Below the pieces are notes generated by a model. It was not told where the DNA came from, searched no databases, and saw only the letters and a list, made by a program, of their open reading frames with translations. A stretch of DNA of 64,000 nucleotides from Nautiliaceae bacterium (GTDB lineage: Bacteria > Campylobacterota > Campylobacteria > Campylobacterales > Nautiliaceae). Shown one piece after another: positions 18,674-30,842 of the stretch (position 1 is its first letter; every line of letters begins with the position of its first letter). The translations under genes and the position numbers were made by a program. The stretch covers positions 2,272 through 66,271 of the forward strand of contig JAMOSZ010000101.1 in assembly GCA_027062625.1 (NCBI GenBank), in the 5' to 3' direction.

Positions 18674-18727
18674 AAATTCCTCCTTTTTGTATTTGCCCTA
18701 TTATAAAAAAGAAAAGTAAACAAAAAG

Positions 18728-20761
18728 TTATTTTCTTTGTAAAAAGAAAATAACTATCCAAATAGCAATACCGATAAGATAAGAAAAATATTCATTTGGA
18801 AGGTGAAGATATTTTGAAGTAATGTTTGGAAGCATAAAAAAAGGCACTGCAATTAAAAATAAAATCCTCTCTAAAAAATTACATCTTTTGATAAAATAAC
18901 CTTGCGTAGCTGACGAAAAGCTAAACATACCAAGCATAGCAGTTATAAAGATAACTATAATTTTTATAGGGTCAGTTATAAAACTAAATTCATTTACATC
19001 CCACTCATTTACACTTGCAATAAGTAAAAGTTCAGTATTAAAGAAAAACATAAAAGGAAGAATAGCCGTTCTTATATCATATGCAAATCCTTGAAGTCCC
19101 GTTTTAATAGGGTCAGCCTTTGCAATTCCAGCAGCTGCATATGCCGCAATCCCAACAGGAGGAGTATCATCAGCCAAAATCCCAAAATAAAAAACAAACA
19201 GATGCGCAGCAATTGCTGGGATTAAAAACCCGGCATCCTGGGCAAGTTCAAGCATTACAGGAGCTGTAAGTGAAGCTACAACGATATAATTTGCAGTAGT
19301 TGGGAGCCCCATTCCAAGAATTAAAGAGATAAAGGCTGTAAGCAAAAGCACTATTAAGATATTTCCGTTTGCCAAAGTATCAATCACATCAAGTAAAACT
19401 TGTCCAATCCCAGTTAGAGTAATACTTCCAACAACAATCCCAGCAATTGCAGTAGCAAGGGCAATTGGAACCATATTTTTTGCTCCATTTACCATTCCGT
19501 GGAAAATATCAACAAAACCTTGAATAAAATCTTGTTTTGTAACTTTTCTTTTTTCAATAAATAAAGCTTTAAAAGGAGATTGCACTATCATAATAACCAT
19601 CAAAAGCCAAATAGCACTAAACGCCGCCATCTGGGCTGATTGACGAAGAACAATTAAGACATACATTAAATAAGCCACAGGGATTAAATAGTGAAGCCCG
19701 CTTATAAAAGTTTTTAGTTTTGGAGGAAGTTTACTTTCATCTTCTCCTTTAAGTCCTAGTTTTTTAGCTTCTAAATGAACTATATAAAACAAAGCCAAAT
19801 AACTAACAATAGCTGGAATAGCAGCTGCAATAATTACATCAGTATAACTAAGCCCTAAAAATTCCGCAATAATAAAAGCAGCCGCTCCCATTACAGGTGG
19901 CATAAGCTGACCGTTTGTTGAAGCGGCTACTTCAATGGCTGCTGCTTTTTCTGGGGGGAATCCAGCTTTTTTCATAAGTGGAATCGTAAAAACCCCAGTA
20001 GTTACAACGTTTGCAGTTGAGCTTCCGCTAATAATTCCTGTAAGTCCGCTTGCAACAACACTTGCTTTTGCAGGACCGCCGCTATATTTTCCAAGGAGGG
20101 CATAAGCAAGCTTTATAAAATACTCTCCTGCTCCTGCACGCTCTAATAAACTTCCAAAAAGAACGAATAAAAACACAAACCCCGCACTAACCCCAAGAGG
20201 AACTCCAAAAATACCCTCAGTCGTCAGATACATCTGAGTTACAATCTTTTCAATGCTTGCTGGTTTGTGAGAGATAAGCTCTGGCAAAACATCACCAAAT
20301 TTATCATACGCTAAAAAAACAAGCGCTACAATGCTAAGAGCAATGCCTATAACTCTTCTTCCAGCTTCTAAAAGCAAAATTATAAAAATTACCCCAATTA
20401 CAATATCTCGCGTATAAAAATCCCCAATTCTATTTGAAATCCCAACATAATCAATCGCAATATAAGCAGCCCCCAAGCCTCCAAGGATTGCTAAAAGCCA
20501 ATCATACCAGGGGATTGTTTTTAAAAATTTTGGTTTTTTGGCAATTGGATAAATTAAAAACGCAAGAACCATAGCAAAAGCCAAATGAATACTTCTAACA
20601 ATCGTAGAGTTTACCGGAAAATAACTAACATAAAGCTGAAATAAAGACCAAGCAAAAGCAATTAAAGATATTATCCAATAATAGATATGAGTTGAAGGAA
20701 AGTTTCTCTGTCCTTCAAGTTCACTTAAAAGCTTCTCTTCTAAATCTTTATTAACTTGCAT
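18728..20761 (-). CDS. TRAP transporter fused permease (DctQ/DctM-type, TAXI-associated 4TM/12TM fusion)
   Basis: 677 aa with many TM helices. Its size and its position directly after a TAXI receptor gene are typical of fused TAXI-TRAP permeases. Confidence 0.9.
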   Translation of the reverse strand: MQVNKDLEEKLLSELEGQRNFPSTHIYYWIISLIAFAWSLFQLYVSYFPVNSTIVRSIHLAFAMVLAFLIYPIAKKPKFLKTIPWYDWLLAILGGLGAAYIAIDYVGISNRIGDFYTRDIVIGVIFIILLLEAGRRVIGIALSIVALVFLAYDKFGDVLPELISHKPASIEKIVTQMYLTTEGIFGVPLGVSAGFVFLFVLFGSLLERAGAGEYFIKLAYALLGKYSGGPAKASVVASGLTGIISGSSTANVVTTGVFTIPLMKKAGFPPEKAAAIEVAASTNGQLMPPVMGAAAFIIAEFLGLSYTDVIIAAAIPAIVSYLALFYIVHLEAKKLGLKGEDESKLPPKLKTFISGLHYLIPVAYLMYVLIVLRQSAQMAAFSAIWLLMVIMIVQSPFKALFIEKRKVTKQDFIQGFVDIFHGMVNGAKNMVPIALATAIAGIVVGSITLTGIGQVLLDVIDTLANGNILIVLLLTAFISLILGMGLPTTANYIVVASLTAPVMLELAQDAGFLIPAIAAHLFVFYFGILADDTPPVGIAAYAAAGIAKADPIKTGLQGFAYDIRTAILPFMFFFNTELLLIASVNEWDVNEFSFITDPIKIIVIFITAMLGMFSFSSATQGYFIKRCNFLERILFLIAVPFFMLPNITSKYLHLPNEYFSYLIGIAIWIVIFFLQRK

Positions 20762-20773
20762 TTTTACTCCTTA

Positions 20774-20811
20774 ATTCAATGCTAAAAAGCCAAATAGCCT
20801 CTTAGCATTGA
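20774..20811 (-). promoter_or_regulatory. Intercistronic stem-loop between the TAXI receptor and permease genes
   Basis: TTCAATGCTAA (20774-20784) pairs perfectly with TTAGCATTGAA (20801-20811), giving an 11-bp stem and a 16-nt loop. It lies in the 62-nt gap, and the permease RBS/ATG follows. Confidence 0.4.
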
Positions 20812-20823
20812 AAAAAAAGAGGA

Positions 20824-21783
20824 TTACTTAGGAAGTAACCCTTCTTCTTGAAACGCTTTTTTAGCTCCTGGATGCATCATATTTAAATCAAATCCTTTTA
20901 ATAAATCTTTTTTAGTTAGATTTTTATAAGCTGGATGCATTCTTTTAAATTTATCAAAATTATCAAGGATTGCCTTTGTTAGATAATAAACCGTTTTATC
21001 ATCCATTTTATCGTTTGTAACTAAAATTGCTTTTACTCCATAAGTTTTTGTTGGATGATTTACTCCTTTATACATTCCAGCAGGAATTACTCCCCAAGCA
21101 TAATATGGTTTCTCTTTTACCAGTTTTTGAGCAGCTGGCACATTATCAAGAGAGATTAAATCAATATCAGTTGAGTTTGCCGCATCTTTAATGTTTGCAG
21201 TTGGATGTCCTACCATATAAAAGTATCCATCAATTTTTTTATCTTTAAGTGCATTTGGACACTCTGAGGCTTTAAGTTGTTCTATTTTTAAATCATTTAA
21301 TTTCATACTTTTACAATATTCAAAAAGTGTCTTAACCGCAGCTTCGTTACCACTTCCAGGGTTACCGATATTAATTCTATGTCCTTTTAAATCAAAAAAG
21401 TTTTTAATTCCACTATCTTTTCTTACTACAAGAGTTAGTAACTCTGGATGAATACTCATAACAACTCTAAGAGCTTTATAAGGCTTTCCTTTAAATTTAC
21501 CTTCCCCATGATAAGCCTGATAAACAACATCACTCTGAGCTATACCAAAATCAAGCTCCCCTTTTCTAATAGCATTAATATTATAAACACTCCCACCTGT
21601 ACTCTCAACTGTGCACTTAATTCCAGTTTCTCTTTTCATTTTATTCATAAGTCTACAAATTGCACCACCTGTTGGATAATAAACACCTGTTACACTTCCT
21701 GTTCCTATTGTAATGTATTTATATCCAAAAGCATTTCCTGCAAGAATAGCCGCTGTTAGAAAACCAATTGTTAATTTTTTCAT
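20824..21783 (-). CDS. TAXI-family TRAP transporter solute-binding protein
   Basis: 319 aa with a signal peptide, the TIGTGSVTGVYYPTGGAICR motif and STGGSVYNINAIRKGELDFGIAQSD, characteristic of TAXI receptors. Confidence 0.9.
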   Translation of the reverse strand: MKKLTIGFLTAAILAGNAFGYKYITIGTGSVTGVYYPTGGAICRLMNKMKRETGIKCTVESTGGSVYNINAIRKGELDFGIAQSDVVYQAYHGEGKFKGKPYKALRVVMSIHPELLTLVVRKDSGIKNFFDLKGHRINIGNPGSGNEAAVKTLFEYCKSMKLNDLKIEQLKASECPNALKDKKIDGYFYMVGHPTANIKDAANSTDIDLISLDNVPAAQKLVKEKPYYAWGVIPAGMYKGVNHPTKTYGVKAILVTNDKMDDKTVYYLTKAILDNFDKFKRMHPAYKNLTKKDLLKGFDLNMMHPGAKKAFQEEGLLPK

Positions 21784-21804
21784 TTTCTCTCCTTTTTTTC
21801 TTTA

Positions 21805-22106
21805 TTATATCATAAAATCCCCTCTTCTATAAAAGCTCTTTTTTGCCCCAGGATGAAACATTTTTAAATTAAATCCTTTGAGTAAGCCTCTTTTTGTTAT
21901 ATTTTTAAATTGAAAAAGCGATTTTTTAAATTTATCAAAATCATCTAACTTTTGTGCTTTTTCATTCAGAAGTTGTAATTAAGAGGGCTTTTAGTCCATA
22001 AATAATTGGGACGATTAACAAAAGCCAATAATTCTGAATGAAGAACCTGTGCCTATTACTATTGCAAATGCCAAAGAAGCAAAGGAAATAAGAAGAAGTT
22101 TTTTTA

Positions 22107-22107
<1 letters not shown>
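21805..22107 (-). pseudogene. Decayed tandem paralogue of the TAXI receptor gene (N-terminal ~25 codons fused to C-terminal ~75 codons, with stops and frameshifts)
   Basis: My translation of the minus strand gives IKKLLLISFASLAFAIVIGTGSSFRIIGFC*, then ...LQLLNEKAQKLDDFDKFKKSLFQFKNITKRGLLKGFNLKMFHPGAKKSFYRRGDFMI*. The latter aligns with KAILDNFDKFKRMHPAYKNLTKKDLLKGFDLNMMHPGAKKAFQEEGLLPK* of the intact copy. Confidence 0.6.
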
Positions 22108-24893
<2,786 letters not shown>

Positions 24894-24910
<17 letters not shown>

Positions 24911-25016
24911 TATCCTTTCTTGGTATTAAACTTTTTAGCCATAAATAAATTAAAAAACTCCCTCCAACCAACACGACAACACTAAGTACAATAAACCAAA
25001 AAGGGACTTTATCCAT
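24894..25016 (-). CDS. Small single-TM protein (40 aa) bridging ileS and gatA
   Basis: My translation is MDKVPFWFIVLSVVVLVGGSFLIYLWLKSLIPRKDSDDNS*. The ATG overlaps the ileS stop (8-nt overlap) and the stop overlaps the gatA start (17 nt). It is below the ORF-track cut-off. Confidence 0.35.
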
Positions 25017-27744
25017 TTACCACCTCTTTGCACCTATCACAAAGCTCCCCTTCACTCTTTGCAAGATATCTCCAACATCTTGGACATTTATAAAATGGTG
25101 ATTTTTTAACTTTTAAAACAAACCTACCCTCATCAATATGAATCTCATCCAAAACTTCCCCATCAATCTCATCACAAAGCAAACTTACTCCAAAAAATTC
25201 AGCCATCTCATCTTTTAACAATTTATCATAATTTGTCTCAATAGCAAGTTCAAGCGTATCTTTTATAACTTTCTCTTTTTTAAGCCTATCCACTATCTCA
25301 TAAAATCTTCTTCTAATTTCAAGCACCTCTTCATCAATAGGATTTTCAATTGCTACCAAAGGAGTGTATACAAAATCAAAAATATCCTTTGCATCCTCTT
25401 TTATCACTTTTGGAGCGTGCTCTATTGCCTCATCGGCTGTATAAGTTAAAACAGGTGCAATAAGAGGTAAGAGTTCTTTTAAAATTATTGCCATTGTGCT
25501 TTGAGAATTTCTCCTTTTTGGTGAATCTTTTGCCTCGCAATAGAGTCTGTCTTTGCAAACATCAAGATAAATCGCACTAAGCTCACTTACTATAAAGTTA
25601 TTTAAAATCTGCATAGCTTTGCTAAAATCGTATTTATTGAAGTTATAAACCACTTCATCAAACACCTCTTTGCTTCTTGATAAAATCCACCTATTAATAA
25701 TTCCTGGATTATCAAGCTTAATCTCTTCTAAATCATTTACATTCGCAAGCAAAAATCTTATTGTGTTTCTTATCTTTCTATACTGCTCACCAACTTGTTT
25801 TAAAATATTCTCACCAAGTTTAATATCACTGCTATAATCACTAACAGCCACCCAAAGTCTTAAAATTTCAGTGCCATATTTTTTTGCAACTTCACTTGGT
25901 GCTACAACATTCCCCTCACTCTTACTCATCTTTCTACCACTCTCATCAACGGTAAAGCCGTGAGTTAAGATTGACTTATAAGGAGCTTTCTCTTCAATAG
26001 CAGTTGATACAAGAAGTGAGCTTTGAAACCAACCTCTGTGCTGGTCGCTTCCTTCAAGATACATACTTGCTGGATACTCCCCAGCATCATATCTATTTGA
26101 TTTAAGCACCGCAAACCAAGTAGAACCGCTATCAAACCAAACATCCAAAATATCCTCTACCTTTTCAAGATTTTTAGCCATCTCTTTTTTAGATTCAGGC
26201 AAAAGCTCCTCTATACTCTTTGAATACCAAGCATCTGCCCCTTCTTTTTTGAAAATTTCGTAAATATACTCAATCATCTCATCATCAACAATAAGCTTTC
26301 CGCTTGATTTGTCTCTAAAAAACGCAATAGGCACTCCCCAGTCTCTTTGGCGGCTAATGCACCAATCAGGTCTATTGCTAACCATCGTTTTTAGTCTGTT
26401 TTTACCACTACTTGGAGTAAATTCCACTTTTTCAATCTCTTTTAGGGCTTTTTCTCTTAAAGTAGAGTTATTATACTCTTTATCCATAGCGATAAAAAAC
26501 TGCTTGGTAGCCCTAAAAATTATCGGATTTTTACATCTCCAACAATGAGGGTAAGAATGGGTAAAACTATTAGCTTTAATCAAATTCTCACCAAGAAGCT
26601 TTAAAATCTTTTCATTTGCCTCAAAAATATGCATCCCCACAAACTCATCAGGAAGCAACTTCTCTTTTTTTACAATTTCAGAATATCTTCCATCATCCCC
26701 AACAGGCTGCAAAATCTCCTCATACCCATAAGCTCTCCAAACTCTATAATCCTCTTCTCCGTGTCCTGGGGCTGTGTGAACACATCCGCTTCCCCCATCC
26801 ATTGTAACATGCTCTCCAAGTAAAATCACACTTAGGCGGTTATTTAAAGGATTAACCGCTTTTAATCCTTCAAGCTCTTTTGGTTCAAACTCTTTTACTA
26901 TCTCACCGCTAACTACCCCTTCTTCTTTTAACCTCTTATAAAGAGGCTTTGCCACAATAAAATTGTCGCTTGTTAAGACATATTTAACCTCAGGATTTAT
27001 GGCAATTCCCATATTCGCAGGAAGCGTCCAAGGAGTTGTTGTCCAGATTATGATTTTAGCGTGTTTTGTGCCAAGGGCTTTATTTGCTTCTTTGCTAAGA
27101 GGAAAAGCTACATAAATAGAGTAATCCTCTTTATCATAATATTCAACCTCAGCCTCGGCAAGTGCGGTTTTATCGTGCATACACCAAAATACAGGTTTGC
27201 TTCTCTCAACCAAAAGCCCTCTTTTTGCAATCTCCCCAAGGGCTTTGAAAATATCAGCCTCAAACTCAAAATCCATAGTCTTATAAGGATTATCCCAATC
27301 ACCTATAACTCCAAGGGATTTAAACTCCTCTTTTTGAATCTCAATAAATTTAGCCGCATGTTTGCGGCAAAGCTCTCTTATTTTTGTTTTAGGAAGTTTC
27401 TCTTTTTTTTCTCTTCCTATTTTTTTTTCTACTTGCTGCTCAATAGGAAGCCCATGACAATCCCATCCCGGCACAAATCTTATATCGTATCCTTGGAAAT
27501 AGTAAAATTTATTGACAATATCTTTTAAAATTTTATTTAACGCATGACCTATATGGATATGTCCGTTTGCATATGGCGGTCCATCGTGAAGGGTAAACTT
27601 CTCTTCTCCTTTCCTATTCTCTTTCATTCTCTCATAAACTTTTTCGCTAAACCACTTTTTATACCTCTTTGGTTCATTAGAAGGCAGATTTCCTCTCATA
27701 GGAAATGAGGTTTTTGGCAAAAGAAGAGTCTCTTTATAATCCAT
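25009..27744 (-). CDS. ileS: Isoleucyl-tRNA synthetase
   Basis: It carries the HIGH-type motif (PYANGHIHIGHALN), KMSKS, and a C-terminal zinc-finger CPRCW..CDRC. I prefer the MDYKETLLLPKT start (AAGGA RBS 7 nt upstream) over the ATG at 27765. Confidence 0.97.
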   Translation of the reverse strand: MDYKETLLLPKTSFPMRGNLPSNEPKRYKKWFSEKVYERMKENRKGEEKFTLHDGPPYANGHIHIGHALNKILKDIVNKFYYFQGYDIRFVPGWDCHGLPIEQQVEKKIGREKKEKLPKTKIRELCRKHAAKFIEIQKEEFKSLGVIGDWDNPYKTMDFEFEADIFKALGEIAKRGLLVERSKPVFWCMHDKTALAEAEVEYYDKEDYSIYVAFPLSKEANKALGTKHAKIIIWTTTPWTLPANMGIAINPEVKYVLTSDNFIVAKPLYKRLKEEGVVSGEIVKEFEPKELEGLKAVNPLNNRLSVILLGEHVTMDGGSGCVHTAPGHGEEDYRVWRAYGYEEILQPVGDDGRYSEIVKKEKLLPDEFVGMHIFEANEKILKLLGENLIKANSFTHSYPHCWRCKNPIIFRATKQFFIAMDKEYNNSTLREKALKEIEKVEFTPSSGKNRLKTMVSNRPDWCISRQRDWGVPIAFFRDKSSGKLIVDDEMIEYIYEIFKKEGADAWYSKSIEELLPESKKEMAKNLEKVEDILDVWFDSGSTWFAVLKSNRYDAGEYPASMYLEGSDQHRGWFQSSLLVSTAIEEKAPYKSILTHGFTVDESGRKMSKSEGNVVAPSEVAKKYGTEILRLWVAVSDYSSDIKLGENILKQVGEQYRKIRNTIRFLLANVNDLEEIKLDNPGIINRWILSRSKEVFDEVVYNFNKYDFSKAMQILNNFIVSELSAIYLDVCKDRLYCEAKDSPKRRNSQSTMAIILKELLPLIAPVLTYTADEAIEHAPKVIKEDAKDIFDFVYTPLVAIENPIDEEVLEIRRRFYEIVDRLKKEKVIKDTLELAIETNYDKLLKDEMAEFFGVSLLCDEIDGEVLDEIHIDEGRFVLKVKKSPFYKCPRCWRYLAKSEGELCDRCKEVVNG

Positions 27745-27780
27745 CAAGTTTTCCTTTTTTTGCAAAGTATTATATCAAAA

Positions 27781-28578
27781 TTACTCTATATTGCTAACTA
27801 CTTTAATTATAGTAGGGTCAGCAAAAAACTCCTCCTCTTTATCATCATAATCAAACTGGCTTAAAATATCTCTTATAATATTAAGCCTTGCTCTTTTCTT
27901 ATCATTTGCATCCACAACAATCCACGGAGCATAAGGGGTTGAAGTTGCAACAAACATATCCTCTTTTGCCCTTTGATAATCCTCATAACGCTCATAACTT
28001 TTCCAATCAAGAGGTGAGAGTTTCCACTTTTTAAGAGGGTCAGTTTCTCTTTTTTTAAGTCTTTTATACACCTCCTCTTTGCTTATATCAAGATAGTATT
28101 TAAAAAACTTAATCCCCTCTTCTACAATAAGTTCCTCAAACTTTGGGACTTGACGCATAAATTTAAGATACTCCTCCTTTGTACAAAATCCCATAACCCT
28201 CTCAACTCCGGCTCTGTTGTACCAGCTCCTGTTAAACAAAACTATCTCCCCACCAGCTGGAAAATATGGCACATACCTTTGAAAATACCACTGAGTTTTT
28301 TCTCTATCACTTGGCTTATCAAGTGCCACACTTTTTGCAAACCTTGGATTTAAGTGTTCAAGAATCCTTTTTATAGTTCCATCTTTACCAGCAGTATCCA
28401 TACCTTCAAAAATAGTTAACATCCTTTTATTGTTTTTTCTAATCCACGCTTGAAGTTTTACAAGCTCTATTTGAAGCCTTTTAAGCTCTTTTTCATAAAA
28501 CTTTTTTTTAAGCTTTCCTTTTTTGTCAAAAGCGTCTTTTTTAAATTCAGGTAGGTCGTTTTTGTTGAAATGGTGCAT
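27781..28578 (-). CDS. ppk2: Polyphosphate kinase 2 family protein
   Basis: 265 aa with a P-loop-like FEGMDTAGKDGTIKRI and the FNRSWYNR lid motif typical of PPK2. Confidence 0.9.
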   Translation of the reverse strand: MHHFNKNDLPEFKKDAFDKKGKLKKKFYEKELKRLQIELVKLQAWIRKNNKRMLTIFEGMDTAGKDGTIKRILEHLNPRFAKSVALDKPSDREKTQWYFQRYVPYFPAGGEIVLFNRSWYNRAGVERVMGFCTKEEYLKFMRQVPKFEELIVEEGIKFFKYYLDISKEEVYKRLKKRETDPLKKWKLSPLDWKSYERYEDYQRAKEDMFVATSTPYAPWIVVDANDKKRARLNIIRDILSQFDYDDKEEEFFADPTIIKVVSNIE

Positions 28579-28626
28579 AGTTCTCCTTTTAGCTTTTGTA
28601 TAATTTTATAATAAAAAGGAGAAAAA

Positions 28627-29499
28627 ATGAGAGTTATTTTCTTAGGAAAAGAGTGGAAATTTAAAAAAACACTTCAAGAAGAGGTATTAAAAAGAGTAGA
28701 ACCAACTTCAATAGAAATAAACCCAGCTTCTTTAACTCTTTCTAAAAACACTTTAATAGTTTGTGACGAAGAAGAGTTTGAGAGAATTAAGAAAATATTT
28801 AATTATAAGGTTTTTGATAAAGACAGTTTTCTAGTAGAGGATGTAAATATAATAAAAGTAAAAGAGAAAATTCCAAAAATTTTTTTTAAAAAACCGATAA
28901 AAAAATATATCTTCTCAACAAAAAAAGAAATTTTAGATAAACTAAGCGAATACTTTATAAATGAAGCCGGGATAGTTGAAACATTTGAAGATATAGAGGT
29001 TAACGCTCCTTTGGTAGTTGGGGATTTGTTTGAGCATATTGTAAAAAACCTCCCTCCAAAAAAGATTACATTTGCCGAAAGCTGCACAGGAGGGCTTCTT
29101 GCTTCAAACCTTACAAAAATTCCAGGAAGCAGCAAGTGTTTTGATGGAAGTGTAGTAAGCTATGCAAATGAGATTAAAGAGAATTGGCTTGGAGTAAAAA
29201 AAGAGACTTTAATAAAATATGGAGCAGTAAGTAAAGAGTGTGTGAGTGAGATGGTAGATGGAGCTTTAAAACTTAGCAGAGCCGATTTTGCAATAGCAAT
29301 AAGCGGTATAGCAGGACCAACAGGGGCAACCCCAACAAAACCAATAGGCACCGTTTATATTGGAGTTGGGGATAAGGATAAAAAAGTAATAAAACACTTT
29401 TTATTCAAAGGGGATAGAAACTACATCCAATATCAAGCTATGCTAAATGGGATAGTTATGTTTATCAGATTTGCTAAATTATATAGTAAAATTCCATAA
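28627..29499 (+). CDS. CinA-family protein (PncC-type nicotinamide-nucleotide amidase domain) with an unrecognised N-terminal ~130 aa
   Basis: The C-terminal half has AESCTGGLLAS, SVVSYANEIK and ISGIAGPTG, the CinA C-terminal domain pattern. A TGTATAAT extended -10 sits at 28597-28604. Confidence 0.8.
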   Translation: MRVIFLGKEWKFKKTLQEEVLKRVEPTSIEINPASLTLSKNTLIVCDEEEFERIKKIFNYKVFDKDSFLVEDVNIIKVKEKIPKIFFKKPIKKYIFSTKKEILDKLSEYFINEAGIVETFEDIEVNAPLVVGDLFEHIVKNLPPKKITFAESCTGGLLASNLTKIPGSSKCFDGSVVSYANEIKENWLGVKKETLIKYGAVSKECVSEMVDGALKLSRADFAIAISGIAGPTGATPTKPIGTVYIGVGDKDKKVIKHFLFKGDRNYIQYQAMLNGIVMFIRFAKLYSKIP

Positions 29500-29511
29500 A
29501 AAAGGCAACTT

Positions 29512-30525
29512 ATGTCACAAGCCATAAAAAGGGTAAAAGAAGCGATAAAAGATATTCAACAAGGCAAAATGGTTATAATGATTGATGATGAAGATAGGGA
29601 GAATGAAGGAGATTTGGTTTATGCTGGGGTATTTTCAACTCCTAAGAAAGTAAATTTTTTAACAAAAGAGGCAAGAGGGCTTATTTGTGTGAGTTTAACA
29701 AAAGAGATTGCTAAAAAACTTAACTTAAAACCTATGGTAAGCTCAAATGAGGAGAGCTTCTCAACTGCTTTTACAATAAGCGTGGATGCAAAGGAGTGTA
29801 AGACTGGAATTAGTGCTTTTGAGAGGGATTTGACAATAAAAAAATTAAGCTCACCAACAAGTAAACCAGATGACTTTGTAAAACCCGGTCATATTTTCCC
29901 TCTTATTGCAAAAGAAGGAGGAGTTTTAGTTAGGACAGGTCATACAGAAGGAAGTGTGGATATTTGCCGCTTAGCAGGAGTCTATCCAAGTGCGGTTATT
30001 TGTGAGATAATGAATGAAGATGGGACAATGGCAAGAAGAGATGATTTAAAAAAGTTTGCCAAAAAGCATAACCTAAACATTGTCTACATCTCAGACATTG
30101 TAGAGTATAGGCTTCAATTTGAAAGTTTGGTAAAAATTACAAACAAAGAGAAAATAGAGCTTGATGGAGTTAAGTTTGATAAGATTGAATTTAGCGACCA
30201 TTTAGGAGCAAAGCACTATGTCTTAGCAAACAACCCAAAAGAGACAAGCAATGTAAAGTTTTTTAAAGTTACCAAGAATGTGGACTTTTTGTTAAACGAT
30301 AAATTGATAAAAGAGTATAAAAAAGTACTTGAATTTATAAAATATAATAATGGAGTGATTATTTTTATTGACTCAAATAGCAAAGATAATAAAGAGTTTG
30401 GAATAGGAGCACAGATATTAAAACAACTTGGAATTAAAAACCTAAACCTTCTCTCTCACAAAAAAAACGAATTTAACGCACTAAAAGGGTTTGGGATTGA
30501 TATAAAAAATTTAGTGGAGGTTTAA
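29512..30525 (+). CDS. ribB: 3,4-dihydroxy-2-butanone-4-phosphate synthase with a degenerate GTP-cyclohydrolase-II-like C-terminal domain (RibBX type)
   Basis: The N-terminal half has DDEDRENEGDL and RTGHTEG (DHBPS). The C-terminal half keeps GIGAQILKQLGIKNLNLLS but contains no cysteine at all, so the GCHII zinc site is absent. Confidence 0.9.
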   Translation: MSQAIKRVKEAIKDIQQGKMVIMIDDEDRENEGDLVYAGVFSTPKKVNFLTKEARGLICVSLTKEIAKKLNLKPMVSSNEESFSTAFTISVDAKECKTGISAFERDLTIKKLSSPTSKPDDFVKPGHIFPLIAKEGGVLVRTGHTEGSVDICRLAGVYPSAVICEIMNEDGTMARRDDLKKFAKKHNLNIVYISDIVEYRLQFESLVKITNKEKIELDGVKFDKIEFSDHLGAKHYVLANNPKETSNVKFFKVTKNVDFLLNDKLIKEYKKVLEFIKYNNGVIIFIDSNSKDNKEFGIGAQILKQLGIKNLNLLSHKKNEFNALKGFGIDIKNLVEV

Positions 30526-30530
30526 CTCCA

Positions 30531-30779
30531 CTACTTGCAATACCCTTCAACTTTTGCTAAGTCAATAATTTCAGTTAAATGAATAGCCCTCTCGCCAGCT
30601 GGGTCTTTTTCTGGTGAGATGCACTTTCCACATCCCTTGCCAGCACCAGTAATTTCTATTATTTTTTCTACATCACAAATTCCATCTTTAATTAATTTCA
30701 TAATATCGCCAAAATTTACATCACTACAATAACAAACCACATATAAATCATCAATTGAAGCTAAATCAGAAAAGCTCAT
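30531..30779 (-). CDS. BFD-like [2Fe-2S]-binding protein
   Basis: 82 aa. The cysteine pattern VCYCSDV ... GAGKGCGKC is typical of bacterioferritin-associated-ferredoxin-like domains. Confidence 0.75.
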   Translation of the reverse strand: MSFSDLASIDDLYVVCYCSDVNFGDIMKLIKDGICDVEKIIEITGAGKGCGKCISPEKDPAGERAIHLTEIIDLAKVEGYCK

Positions 30780-30842
30780 TTCCTATACTTTTTTACAAAT
30801 TATACCCAAAATTTGATAAAATTTGAATAAAAAAGGTTAAGT

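Noticed and set aside
26309-27528. Antisense or alternative-frame ORFs within ileS (26309-26548, 26616-26823, 27061-27528, 27108-27302)
   Set aside because: They are embedded in an unambiguous ileS frame. They have no recognisable motifs, RBS or independent intergenic space.
29500-29511. Looked for an FMN riboswitch upstream of ribB
   Set aside because: Only 12 nt separate ribB from the preceding CinA-like gene, so there is no room for an aptamer.
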